The notes: generated by a model not told the origin, from the sequence alone. A stretch of DNA of 64,000 nt from Methanobacteriota archaeon (GCA_018659375.1 JABJMO010000009.1:36320-100319), one strand, 5' to 3'; counted from the stretch's first letter, positions 38,452 to 48,462 are shown. A program made the numbers and translations.

Positions 38452-39386
38452 CTAGAATGGCGGCAACTAGAGACGGCTACGGCCAAGCCTTACTAGATTT
38501 GGCAGACAATGAAAAAGTAGTGGTTCTGGAAGCTGATTTAGGTAAGTCTACTAAATCACTACACTTCAGGAAGCAATATCCTGAGAGGACAATTTCCTGC
38601 GGTATAGGTGAACAAAACATGTTGCTGACCGCAGCGGGATTAGCGTCATCTGGATTCATACCATTTGCCAGTACATTTGCAATATTTACCGAACGTGCAT
38701 TCGAACAAATGAGAAATGGTGTTGCCAGACCAAACCTAGCTGTACACTTGTGTGGCAGTCATGGCGGAACACATACTGGAACCGATGGGTCATCTGCACA
38801 ATCGATTGAAGATTTAGCGATATTTAGAACACTACCTAACGTGGTAGTACTGCACCCTTGTGATGATGTAAGCACTCGGTTGTTAACCATGCAATTGGCT
38901 GATTTATCTCAACCATCATACACAAGAACTGCAAGAAATAAAACCCCAGTAATGTACGACGGCAGAGAATCTGAGATAGAAATTGGCAAAGGTGTAATAA
39001 TTAAACAGGGCACAGATGTGGCCATAATTGCTTGTGGAGTTATGGTATCCGAGTCTATCAAGGCTGCTGAACAATTGATCTCCGAAGGAATTTCTGCAAC
39101 CGTGATTGATATGCACACCATCAAGCCACTCGATGAAGAATTAATCGAAACAATGGCAAAATCATGTGGGGCGATTGTAACGGCAGAAGATCACAACATC
39201 ATCGGTGGTTTAGGTGGCGCAGTAGCAGAATATCTAAGCTCAAATATTCCTACGCCGTTAGAAAGGGTTGGAGTAAAAGATAGATTTGGTGAATCTGGTC
39301 AAGCGGATGAAATGCTTGATTTGATGGAAATATCATCACCTCATATAGCATCTGCAGCGATTAGAGCAATTAATCGCAAGAAATGA
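38448..39386 (+). CDS. transketolase, C-terminal (pyrimidine-binding/transketolase-C) subunit
   Basis: 312 aa. Typical split archaeal transketolase partner. Confidence 0.85.
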   Translation: MTRMAATRDGYGQALLDLADNEKVVVLEADLGKSTKSLHFRKQYPERTISCGIGEQNMLLTAAGLASSGFIPFASTFAIFTERAFEQMRNGVARPNLAVHLCGSHGGTHTGTDGSSAQSIEDLAIFRTLPNVVVLHPCDDVSTRLLTMQLADLSQPSYTRTARNKTPVMYDGRESEIEIGKGVIIKQGTDVAIIACGVMVSESIKAAEQLISEGISATVIDMHTIKPLDEELIETMAKSCGAIVTAEDHNIIGGLGGAVAEYLSSNIPTPLERVGVKDRFGESGQADEMLDLMEISSPHIASAAIRAINRKK

Positions 39387-39411
39387 ATACCATTGTGCTT
39401 ACAGGGCATCC

Positions 39412-41484
39412 ATGAGGAGCAAAGCCATACTCTTGTGCTTGGTCCTAATACTATCTTCAACCATACAGTTTTCCAATCATTTGACACAAACTGAAAGTGT
39501 TTCGCACACAGCACAACAAACCTGCGATGCTAACAGAAATGAAACGTGGACAATTGGCTTAATTTATTGTGATGGTCACATTCAACCTGGTTACACGCTA
39601 TTTTCTCCAATGGCTTCTGAAACATCTTACCTAATCGACCAATATGGTCGAGAAGTACACTCTTGGACATCACCTAACGGATATTCCGGATTATCAAGTT
39701 ACTTATTAGATAACGGGGATTTGCTAAGACCGGTAAATCTTGGCAGTAATCAGCCTGGAGAATTTGCAGCAGGCGGCAGCATGGGCGGGTTTGAAAGAAT
39801 ATCATGGGATGGGGAATTGGAATGGTTTTGGACATACTCCTCTGACCAATATCGTAGTCATCATGACATTGAGCCACTACCAAACGGAAACATTTTGATA
39901 ATTGCATGGGAATATAAAAATTCCACTGAAGCTTTGGAAAAAGGAAAAATCCTAGGCAATGAATCGTCAAAAGCAATTGGAACTAAATCTGTGTGGCCAG
40001 ATAAAGTAGTGGAAATAAAACCTGTAGGAATTGATGATGCTGAGATTGTTTGGGAATGGAGTTTTTGGGACCACACAATACAAAATGTCGATAATACCAA
40101 AGATAACTTTGGCAATATATCTGAGCATCCTGAATTATTAGACATAAATTTTGGTGATTCTGGCCAAGACTGGTTACATTGTAATGGAATCGACTACAAT
40201 CATTTGTCAGACCAGATAGCAATTTCATGCAAAAATACCAATGAAGTATACATCATTGACCATAGTACAACCACTGAGGAAGCAAAAGGTCACACAGGAG
40301 GAAATAGCGGGATGGGTGGAGATTTATTGTACCGCTACGGCAACCCTGAAAGCTATGACAGAGGGGATTCTTCTGACCGAGTATTATTTTCCCAACATGA
40401 TGCTAGATGGATTGAAGATGGTTACCCTGATGAAGGAAAACTAATGATTTTCAATAATGGGAATGGTAGAAATGTATCTTATTCTTCTGTCGATGTCATA
40501 ACTCTTCCAGTTAATGGCAGCAAGTATCTTATCGAAAACAACCAACCATTTGGCCCAAATAATCTTTCATGGGGATGGGATATTGGTACTGATATGTATT
40601 CCCCAATAATATCAGGTAGTACTCGATTAGCAAATGGTAATACTCTAATCACCTTTGGAGTAGAAGGGACCTTTATTGAAGTAAATTATAATGGAGAGAT
40701 AGTGTGGAAATACATCAGTCCTGTGAATAATCTTGGTATAATGAACCAAGGTGATTCCATTTATGATGGAAATGGAAATAAAGTATTCAAAATCACTCGC
40801 TATGATGCAAACTATCCTGGCTTAAAAGGTAGAGAATTAATCCCAATTGACTACATTGAGAATTGGAATAATCAATGTCCTGAGCAAGAATCTATACCTT
40901 ATGATGTGGATGGAGACGGATGTATTGATGATAGCGATAGTGACGGATACAATGATTTTGTTGATATTTGCCCTGGCTATAATGACAGTATTGATGAAGA
41001 CCTAGATACTATACCGGATGGTTGTGATTTGATTATTGATAACGACAATGATGGTATAGATAACGATGAAGACTTATGTGATGGATATAATGACAGAATA
41101 GACATTGATAATGATTTAATTCCAGATGCTTGTGATGAATTAGTAGATTCAGATTTTGATGGGGTTGCAAATGATATTGACTTATGTCCAAATAGCTTAA
41201 TTAGATTTGGAGAAGAGGTTGTTGACAGTAACGGTTGTAGTACTCACCAAATAGATTCAGATTTAGATGGTGTTGAAGATTATTGGGACCTATGTGAAGG
41301 TTTTGATGATAGAATAGATCTCGATAATGATCGAATTATTGACGGTTGTGACGAAAGTATCGAAATTGATGTAAAGCAGACAAATGATGATCAAGGTATG
41401 AATAATGATTTAGAATATCAAATAATATTACTTACAGTAATTATACTCTTCATTGTTGGTTTGTTAGCAAGGAAAAAAGTGTAG
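39412..41484 (+). CDS. secreted beta-propeller protein (arylsulfotransferase ASST-like fold, tentative) with C-terminal thrombospondin-type-3-like Ca-binding repeats and a C-terminal TM anchor with basic tail
   Basis: Signal peptide MRSKAILLCLVLILSSTIQFS. HHD...LPNGNILII propeller-like motifs. At least 6 DxDxDGxxDxxDxC-type repeats (DVDGDGCIDDSDSDG, DNDNDGIDNDEDLCDG, ...). Terminal ...DLEYQIILLTVIILFIVGLLARKKV. Confidence 0.4.
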   Translation: MRSKAILLCLVLILSSTIQFSNHLTQTESVSHTAQQTCDANRNETWTIGLIYCDGHIQPGYTLFSPMASETSYLIDQYGREVHSWTSPNGYSGLSSYLLDNGDLLRPVNLGSNQPGEFAAGGSMGGFERISWDGELEWFWTYSSDQYRSHHDIEPLPNGNILIIAWEYKNSTEALEKGKILGNESSKAIGTKSVWPDKVVEIKPVGIDDAEIVWEWSFWDHTIQNVDNTKDNFGNISEHPELLDINFGDSGQDWLHCNGIDYNHLSDQIAISCKNTNEVYIIDHSTTTEEAKGHTGGNSGMGGDLLYRYGNPESYDRGDSSDRVLFSQHDARWIEDGYPDEGKLMIFNNGNGRNVSYSSVDVITLPVNGSKYLIENNQPFGPNNLSWGWDIGTDMYSPIISGSTRLANGNTLITFGVEGTFIEVNYNGEIVWKYISPVNNLGIMNQGDSIYDGNGNKVFKITRYDANYPGLKGRELIPIDYIENWNNQCPEQESIPYDVDGDGCIDDSDSDGYNDFVDICPGYNDSIDEDLDTIPDGCDLIIDNDNDGIDNDEDLCDGYNDRIDIDNDLIPDACDELVDSDFDGVANDIDLCPNSLIRFGEEVVDSNGCSTHQIDSDLDGVEDYWDLCEGFDDRIDLDNDRIIDGCDESIEIDVKQTNDDQGMNNDLEYQIILLTVIILFIVGLLARKKV

Positions 41485-41521
41485 CGGATAATTCAAAGAG
41501 TGCCTTCGCACACAGAGCCAC

Positions 41522-42181
41522 ATGGAGTTCTTCTTAGACACCGCAGACGTAGACGAAATAAGGGAAATAGCATCTTGGGGGATATTGGACGGAGTTACAA
41601 CCAATCCGTCACTCATCAAGAAAAGTGGTCGCGATTTCAAGCAAGTAGTTGCAGAAATTGCATCAATCTGTGATGGACCAATTTCAGCCGAGGTAACAGC
41701 TATGGATACTGATGGCATGGTCGCACAGGCTTTGGAATTGAAGGACGAGTTACCAGATAACGTAATTATCAAAATACCATGTGTCCCCGAAGGGCTAGCA
41801 GCGACAAAAATACTTACCGATAAAGGAATCAAAACCAATGTCACATTGATTTTTTCTGCCGCACAAGCGTTGATGGCCGCAAAAGCTGGAGCAACCTACG
41901 TATCTCCATTTATTGGTAGAATTGATGATACTGGCCATGATGGAATGACTCTTATTGCTGAAATAATGGATACTTGGAATAATTACGGTCTTTCTACTAA
42001 AGTTCTAGCCGCCTCTATAAGACATCCAACCCACGTTCTACAATGCATCCAACTTGGAGCACATACTGCCACTATGCCGGCAAAGATTTTCCGCCAACTG
42101 ATGAAACACCCACTAACCGACAAAGGTATTGATGGGTTCATGAAAGATTGGGCAGAGGTTGAAGCGGCTGGAAAAGCATAA
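41522..42181 (+). CDS. tal: transaldolase / fructose-6-phosphate aldolase (short archaeal type)
   Basis: MEFFLDTADVDEI...TTNPSLI and Schiff-base lysine context VIIKIP. 219 aa. Confidence 0.85.
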   Translation: MEFFLDTADVDEIREIASWGILDGVTTNPSLIKKSGRDFKQVVAEIASICDGPISAEVTAMDTDGMVAQALELKDELPDNVIIKIPCVPEGLAATKILTDKGIKTNVTLIFSAAQALMAAKAGATYVSPFIGRIDDTGHDGMTLIAEIMDTWNNYGLSTKVLAASIRHPTHVLQCIQLGAHTATMPAKIFRQLMKHPLTDKGIDGFMKDWAEVEAAGKA

Positions 42182-42184
42182 TTG

Positions 42185-42205
42185 TTCAATAAGAGAATTA
42201 TTGAA
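42185..42205 (+). terminator. perfect 8-bp inverted repeat TTCAATAA-gagaa-TTATTGAA starting 4 nt after the tal stop codon; terminator-like hairpin
   Basis: Read directly from the sequence. Confidence 0.3.
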
Positions 42206-42241
42206 TAAGAAGTGTCCACATAGGTTTACCGGGGAAGACTC

Positions 42242-42838
42242 ATGAGCGATGTCAAGGAACGCTTGAAAAAGTTACTAGATGGTGACTTAGAAGCATCCGA
42301 CATTGCGGAAGATGCTGCATTGGTGAGCCTAGCAGACCGCCTTTACGGAATTAAAATTGCTAATGTTAAACCCGTGAAAGCGAGAGATTTGGAAAACCAA
42401 GTTAGTGGTGTTAATCAACAACCACAACAGTTTGGTCAAACTCCTAGCTTAATGGTGGAAGTAATAGAGCCTGCATCTGCACCTTTGCCAGATTTACCAC
42501 ACTTAGCTATGCCTAAGCTACCAAGTAAAAAGTCTAAATTATCCCCTATGTCTTTACTATCTATCTCTGGATTACTATTTGTCATGTTAAACTTATTTGG
42601 CATGTTTTCGTCGTTGTTTGAATCATCATGTGAAATTGGTTCATGTCGAGGAGATGGTCAAACTAGAATTAACCTCATGGATTTCTATAAATTTGGTGAA
42701 TCTGATGGCTGGTCTTATTCTTTAATGTCAGATGACATGAGTGGCCTTGGAGGCGAAGCAGGAGGAATAGGAATACCTGACTTAGCAGCCCTTATCGGAC
42801 TAACTGGTATAATTATTTTTTACTTCAAAAGAAAGTGA
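42242..42838 (+). CDS. hypothetical protein with a central hydrophobic segment and a C-terminal Gly-rich region, TM helix and basic tail (sorting-signal-like)
   Basis: 198 aa. C-terminus ...GGEAGGIGIPDLAALIGLTGIIIFYFKRK. Confidence 0.4.
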   Translation: MSDVKERLKKLLDGDLEASDIAEDAALVSLADRLYGIKIANVKPVKARDLENQVSGVNQQPQQFGQTPSLMVEVIEPASAPLPDLPHLAMPKLPSKKSKLSPMSLLSISGLLFVMLNLFGMFSSLFESSCEIGSCRGDGQTRINLMDFYKFGESDGWSYSLMSDDMSGLGGEAGGIGIPDLAALIGLTGIIIFYFKRK

Positions 42839-43119
42839 TTAATATGTCACCTGATGGACTCTTATCTGAGGCTATTGCTTATGGCGGAATGCTGTTGATT
42901 CTTGGAGCATTTATTCTAGAAACAAGAGACATACTTGATAGTAAAAATGGCATATATCTTTTGATGATGGCAACAGGTTCCGGATTATTGGGCATTAGAG
43001 CCTTTTTAGTTGAGGAGTGGGCTTTTTTTATTCTTGAAGTCGTATGGTGTTTTGCCGCAATAGTTGCCATCTATGGGATAACAAGAAAAACTAGCCATGA
43101 TGAATCAACATCTTCATGA
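42835..43119 (+). CDS. small 3-TM membrane protein, hypothetical
   Basis: 94 aa. 4-nt overlap with the upstream gene. Its stop directly abuts the proS start region. Confidence 0.35.
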   Translation: MINMSPDGLLSEAIAYGGMLLILGAFILETRDILDSKNGIYLLMMATGSGLLGIRAFLVEEWAFFILEVVWCFAAIVAIYGITRKTSHDESTSS

Positions 43120-43143
43120 GTGATAAACCATCGACTTAACACT

Positions 43144-44673
43144 ATGAGCAAAGGTCCTGCTAAGGCGAAGCGAGGAATACCATCCAAAGTTGATAATTTC
43201 AACGAATGGTACCCGTTTATAGTCGAAGCCTCAGATTTAGTTGACAAGCGCTATCCAATCAAAGGCATGGACGTTTGGCGACCATACGGCTGGAAGACGA
43301 TGAAACTAATTGATGGTTTAACCCATCACGAAATGGAACGTACCGAACATGAAGAAGTAAATTTCCCCCTATTAATTCCAGAAAATTTACTCGACAAAGA
43401 GAATAGTCTTGTCGCTAAGCTCAAACGTGCTCGAGAAGAGGGTGTGGACCCTGACGAACTACGTGATGAAGAAGAAGAAGGTGGCTTCAAGAAAGAGGTC
43501 TATTGGGTAAAACATGCAGGTGATAATGAGCTAGATATGCCTATGTTCCTAAGACCAACATCTGAAACTGCTATGTATACCATGTTTCCGTTATGGATAA
43601 GATCTCACAAAGATTTGCCAATGAAAATATATCAAATGGTTAACACATTTAGGTATGAAACAAAACAAACGCGGTCATTTATTCGAGTAAGAGAAATCCA
43701 TTTCTTTGAAGCCCATACCGCTCATGCAGACGAAGATTGTGCAACAAGACAAATTGCTGAGGATTTAGAAATCGTTGATAATTTGATGCATAAATTATGT
43801 TTGCCAATCATAAAAGCGAAACGCCCAATTTGGGATACATTCCCTGGCGCTTGGTATACCATTGGAATTGACGCTATAATGCCCAATGGAAGAACACTAC
43901 AAGTTGCTTCATGTCACCATTACAGAGACCAATGGGCAAAAGCATTTGATATCAAATATGAAAACAAGGAGGCAAAACAAGAATATTGTCATCAAACAAC
44001 TTACGGAATGTCTGAAAGGTTACTAGGGGCAATAGTTGGGATGCACGGTGATGAAAATGGTTTGATTATGCCACCCGATGTAGCCCCATTCCAAGTAGTA
44101 ATATGCCCAATGATAAGGAAAAACTCAGAAGTAGATACTATCGGGGAAGCCAACAAAATCGCAACTATTTTACGTAATTCTGGACTGCGGGTTAAAGTTG
44201 ATTCAAGAGACATTCATGCCGGTCAAAAATATTATGATTGGGAAATAAAAGGTGTCCCTCTTAGATTAGATATCGGACCCAGGGACATCGCCCAAGGAAC
44301 AGCATTTGGCGCATTGAGGACTGGTGGAAAAGAACCACTCGCAATGGATAATATTGCCGAATTATGCCAAGAAAAGTTATCTGAAATATCTGATGAACTC
44401 AGAAAACGTTCAGCAGCACACATGGATGGAGTTATCAATGAACTACCTCCATTCTCGGAAGAAAACGGAACTTGGTCGATGAATGGAGAAATCCAAGATG
44501 GTAAGATTTACCAAATACCGTTCGAAGGTACTGATGCCCACGCTGAAGTTATTGAAAAAGCAACTGGGTTGACATTCTTAGGTGATGCAACAGATGACTA
44601 TGACAAGGAAGTACCATGCCATATGACCGGCAAAATGACTAAGCGTAGAGTGATATTGGCAAAGACATATTGA
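43144..44673 (+). CDS. proS: prolyl-tRNA synthetase, archaeal/eukaryotic type
   Basis: Class II motifs. N-terminal FNEWYPFIV pattern. C-terminal conserved Tyr (..AKTY). The track start at 43120 is GTG. The first ATG at 43144 gives MSKGPAK. Confidence 0.8.
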   Translation: MSKGPAKAKRGIPSKVDNFNEWYPFIVEASDLVDKRYPIKGMDVWRPYGWKTMKLIDGLTHHEMERTEHEEVNFPLLIPENLLDKENSLVAKLKRAREEGVDPDELRDEEEEGGFKKEVYWVKHAGDNELDMPMFLRPTSETAMYTMFPLWIRSHKDLPMKIYQMVNTFRYETKQTRSFIRVREIHFFEAHTAHADEDCATRQIAEDLEIVDNLMHKLCLPIIKAKRPIWDTFPGAWYTIGIDAIMPNGRTLQVASCHHYRDQWAKAFDIKYENKEAKQEYCHQTTYGMSERLLGAIVGMHGDENGLIMPPDVAPFQVVICPMIRKNSEVDTIGEANKIATILRNSGLRVKVDSRDIHAGQKYYDWEIKGVPLRLDIGPRDIAQGTAFGALRTGGKEPLAMDNIAELCQEKLSEISDELRKRSAAHMDGVINELPPFSEENGTWSMNGEIQDGKIYQIPFEGTDAHAEVIEKATGLTFLGDATDDYDKEVPCHMTGKMTKRRVILAKTY

Positions 44674-44693
44674 GCAAGGGTTGAGGGTGCAAA

Positions 44694-45782
44694 ATGACTG
44701 AACTACTGAAATTAACTGAGATTTTGACAGAGGTTCAAAACTTCATCACTGCAGATGGACAAATAGTTCCTGCACAACGTAATTTTTATCAAAATCTTAG
44801 GGTTAAGATGAATAATCATAATGGCTTGTTTAATGAAGCCGAAGTTGGATCTCTGCTGCTAGAAACAAGGTTAGAAGTTTTGGAGTTAACCGATGAGGAT
44901 TATACTGCTATCTATAATATAATAATGGACAGATTCGGGTTAACCAAACGATTGGAAGAGGAAGATCAACTTAGGCAGGAATTGGCCATTAAAGTGAGAC
45001 TTAGAAAAGAGGCTGAGCAAAAAGCCAAAGCTGAAGCAATTACTAAAGAAAAGGCAATTGCTGAAGCAAAAGCCAAAGCCGAAGCTGAACTTAAGGCTCA
45101 AATTGAAGTCGAAGAGCGGTTAATGGCAGAAGCCCAGCAAAGAATTTTAGCTGAAGAAAATGCTCAAAAAGAAGCTGAAGAGAAAATTAGGTTAGAAGAA
45201 GAGGCAAGACTACAAGCTGAAGAAATTGCTAAATTAAAAGAAGCAACTAGACTACAAGCTGAAGCAAATGCGAAACTAGTACATGAAGAAAGTATTCGGT
45301 TAGAGGAAGAGGCTAGAATCAAAGCCGAAATAGAGGCTTCTATGAAAGTTGAACAAGAAGCCAAGATTAAAGCCGAAGAAGAGGCTAGAATCAAAGCTGA
45401 AGAAGAGGCTGAACTCAAAATTATTCAGGACAAGATTAAATTCGAGGAAGATGAAAAACTAAGAATTGCGACCGAAGCACATTTACAGATGGTTGAAGAA
45501 TCTATTAGAATTTCTAACCAAGAGCGTTTGGTTGAGCAAGCAAAAATTGATGCTCAAGTAGATGATGCTAGAAGAATTGCTGAAGAAGAACGTCAACTAG
45601 AGCAAGCAAAAATTGATACTGAAATTGAGAAAGTAAGAATGATGTCTGAACGAGAAGCAGCCCAAAAATTGGCTGAGAAAAACTCCAAACTTGCTGAAGA
45701 AGAAGCAGCACTGGCCGCCAAAGAAGCAGAAGATGCCGCTAATTCAAAGGATATTCCCGATTTGCCACCATTAGATGATTAG
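44694..45782 (+). CDS. coiled-coil protein with highly repetitive (K/E/A-rich) heptad-like repeats, hypothetical
   Basis: 362 aa. EEEARIKAEEEA / AEAKAKAEAELKAQ repeats span about residues 100-300, reflected in near-tandem DNA repeats at 44990-45470. Confidence 0.45.
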   Translation: MTELLKLTEILTEVQNFITADGQIVPAQRNFYQNLRVKMNNHNGLFNEAEVGSLLLETRLEVLELTDEDYTAIYNIIMDRFGLTKRLEEEDQLRQELAIKVRLRKEAEQKAKAEAITKEKAIAEAKAKAEAELKAQIEVEERLMAEAQQRILAEENAQKEAEEKIRLEEEARLQAEEIAKLKEATRLQAEANAKLVHEESIRLEEEARIKAEIEASMKVEQEAKIKAEEEARIKAEEEAELKIIQDKIKFEEDEKLRIATEAHLQMVEESIRISNQERLVEQAKIDAQVDDARRIAEEERQLEQAKIDTEIEKVRMMSEREAAQKLAEKNSKLAEEEAALAAKEAEDAANSKDIPDLPPLDD

Positions 45783-45783
45783 T

Positions 45784-47154
45784 TTACATACCAAAAGAGG
45801 ATGGATCGATATCCATATCGCCTTCTTTCATCATCTTACGCATTTGTTTGTTGAGTTTCCTATTGCCACCCATACCTTTCATCATCTTTCTAGAACGGTT
45901 CCATTGCCCAATCAACTCTCTAACATCTTTTTCACGGACGCCTGAGCCTCGGGCAATACGCTTGATTCTATCCGCCTTTATTTTGGCTGGCTCATTTTTC
46001 TCCCAAGCAGTCATACTATCCATGATCGTACGATAACGATCCAAATTACCCTGCATGGCTTGCTTTTGTGATTTAGACATGCCACCTAATCCTCCAAGCA
46101 TATTACCAGGTAAGAACGACATCAACTTGTCAATAGTGCCTACCTTGGACATCATTTCCATTTGTTTGTACATGTCATTCAAGGTGAATCGACCACTCAT
46201 CATACGTTGAGTCAATCTCATTGCTTCTTCTTCATCTAAATCTTCTGGAGCAAGGTCGATCAATCCTTGAATATCTCCCATCCCTAATAATCTTGAAATA
46301 AATCTATCAGATTCAAATTTTTCTAAATCAGTTACTTTTTCTCCAACACCAATATGAACAATTGGTGCACCTGTTGCAGCCACTGCAGAAAGTGCACCTC
46401 CACCTCTAGCAGTACCGTCCAACTTTGTAACAACTATTCCAGTTACACCGGCCAATTGGTGAAATGATGCTGCTACTGGTCCTGCTGCTTGGCCAACTTG
46501 GGCATCAATTACCAACCATCTTTCCGTAGCTCTTGTCAAAGATGCAATATTTTCTAACTCTTCGACTAATTCTTGGTCTAGTTGATGTCTACCTGCTGTA
46601 TCGACAATCACTAAATCTGCTGAAGCACATTCTGCTAGACCGTTACGGACAATTTCTGAGGCATTTTTATTATCTGGCTCACCATAAACAATGACTGTGC
46701 TGTCTTCTAGCAATTGTGATAATTGAGCATAGGCACCTGGTCGGTGAACATCGGCTTCTATTACCGCCACTCTCAGACCGTGCTTTTTACGATACCATTC
46801 TGCTAACTTTGCAGTAGTCGTGGTTTTACCTTGACCATACAAACCAACTAGCAATAGAGTTGCACCTCTAGGTTGGAATTCATGGGCAGGACCTAGAATT
46901 CTAACTAGTTCTGTATAAAGAATATTCATGGCATGTGTTTGAAATGTCAAACCAGGCCTTGGCTCCTCTTCACGTAACTTTGATTCCATGCGTTCAACGA
47001 TTTCTTTGGTTTGTCTTACGTTAAAATCAGCTTCTTGTAAAGCTCTTCTCAGACTTCTAGTCATCTCACGCAATTCATCTTCATCGAGTTTCCTACGGTT
47101 TTTAAGAAAACCAAGAGAACGAAAGATTCCGCGCGAGAGACCTTCGAGTGCCAT
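45784..47154 (-). CDS. srp54: signal recognition particle protein SRP54
   Basis: NG domain with GLYGQGKTTTTAKLA P-loop and DTAGR motif. Met-rich M-domain tail. Confidence 0.85.
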   Translation of the reverse strand: MALEGLSRGIFRSLGFLKNRRKLDEDELREMTRSLRRALQEADFNVRQTKEIVERMESKLREEEPRPGLTFQTHAMNILYTELVRILGPAHEFQPRGATLLLVGLYGQGKTTTTAKLAEWYRKKHGLRVAVIEADVHRPGAYAQLSQLLEDSTVIVYGEPDNKNASEIVRNGLAECASADLVIVDTAGRHQLDQELVEELENIASLTRATERWLVIDAQVGQAAGPVAASFHQLAGVTGIVVTKLDGTARGGGALSAVAATGAPIVHIGVGEKVTDLEKFESDRFISRLLGMGDIQGLIDLAPEDLDEEEAMRLTQRMMSGRFTLNDMYKQMEMMSKVGTIDKLMSFLPGNMLGGLGGMSKSQKQAMQGNLDRYRTIMDSMTAWEKNEPAKIKADRIKRIARGSGVREKDVRELIGQWNRSRKMMKGMGGNRKLNKQMRKMMKEGDMDIDPSSFGM

Positions 47155-47184
47155 GTCAACCCGTCAAGGTTTTCCTCTTTGAAT

Positions 47185-48462
47185 TCATTCCTTGAATAGA
47201 GGAATGTTTAGTCTAAGAACATCTTCTTCTAATTTAGCATCAACTTGATTTGCCTTAACTGGGACGCTTGTTGAGATAGATCGCTCACGGCCATTTAGTC
47301 CTACAAACAATACTCCATCATCGCTGCGAAGTGATAGTTCCTCACGCTTTATTCCGGGAAAATGAAGCTTAATTACTTCATATTCATCGGTAAATTCCCT
47401 GTGCATACCCCTGTGTATTTGATGTTTGACAAGACCCCCAACTTCGTGAGGACCAAGAGATTCATCTACTTGATTAACCGAACCGTATAACTTTTCAGCC
47501 ACAATTCTAAGGTTGTCAACCCCAACCACTTCTTGATCTAATAATTCCATTGAATTAACCTCGACCTCTGTCAATAGTTCTTTCAATTCATCAATTCTAG
47601 TAAGTTCTGCTTGCCGCCTCTTTGCTAAAAATGGATGGTCAAACTCGGGTGTAACTCGATTGACTATGCAAGAGTTAACTGGTAACTTGTATTCTAATAA
47701 CGAATTGTAAGCTCTCACTGTTTCATTGACGCCCATTTTTTCTGGAATAGTAACTAGGGTAAAGGTAGTAAGTTCAGGATCACTCATTACTCTTCTTACA
47801 TGTAACACACGATTTCTGAATTTTTCCAGTTCTTGTTTCATTTCTTGGCTTTCTTTACGGCCAAATAACATTGACCTAATTCCACCAGAAACTCTCATCA
47901 ATCTAAGCAACCTGCCAGACCATGCCTCAATAATTTCTGGCAAAGATAGGAATCTAAGAGTATGCCCGGTAGGAGCAGTGTCAAAGACGATAACATCCCA
48001 ATTAGGGTCTTCTACATGCTTTAGTAATTCATCAAACGCTAGGGCCTCATCCAGTCCGGGTAAAATCATTTCAGAAGTTTTTACATCTGACTTTATGTCA
48101 TCAAATTCCTCTTTCGCCCCAGAATCTAACATCATACTGAGGCCTCCAAGTCCTGGTAAGCCACCGCTAGTGTTCATTCCATCAACCATGTTTCCAAGTT
48201 TTGGCAATAAACTAGATAATTTTGATTCGGGATCCATTTCTAAACCGTATAGTCCCTCGACCCCGTCGATTGGTGTAGGTTCAGTACCTATTTCCACTCC
48301 TAAAGAGTCTGAAGTCGAATGGGCTGGATCACTAGAAACAAGCAGGACTTTTAGACCACAATCTGCAAGATGTACTGCTGTTGCGGTAGAGGTTGTTGTT
48401 TTGCCAACACCACCCTTGCCCCCGAACAATAGTAGCCTTGCCATAGTGGTGGCACACATCAA
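47185..48462 (-). CDS. arsA: ArsA/Get3-family ATPase fused to a C-terminal Hsp20/alpha-crystallin-like domain
   Basis: GKGGVGKTTTSTATA deviant Walker A, DPAHSTSDSLG motif, and a C-terminal beta-sandwich-like segment of about 90 aa. Confidence 0.75.
   Translation of the reverse strand: MMCATTMARLLLFGGKGGVGKTTTSTATAVHLADCGLKVLLVSSDPAHSTSDSLGVEIGTEPTPIDGVEGLYGLEMDPESKLSSLLPKLGNMVDGMNTSGGLPGLGGLSMMLDSGAKEEFDDIKSDVKTSEMILPGLDEALAFDELLKHVEDPNWDVIVFDTAPTGHTLRFLSLPEIIEAWSGRLLRLMRVSGGIRSMLFGRKESQEMKQELEKFRNRVLHVRRVMSDPELTTFTLVTIPEKMGVNETVRAYNSLLEYKLPVNSCIVNRVTPEFDHPFLAKRRQAELTRIDELKELLTEVEVNSMELLDQEVVGVDNLRIVAEKLYGSVNQVDESLGPHEVGGLVKHQIHRGMHREFTDEYEVIKLHFPGIKREELSLRSDDGVLFVGLNGRERSISTSVPVKANQVDAKLEEDVLRLNIPLFKE

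Noticed and set aside
45164-45418. 84-aa minus-strand ORF in the coiled-coil gene
   Set aside because: Antisense to the repetitive GAA/GCT-rich sequence. The Ser/Ala-rich translation is an artefact.
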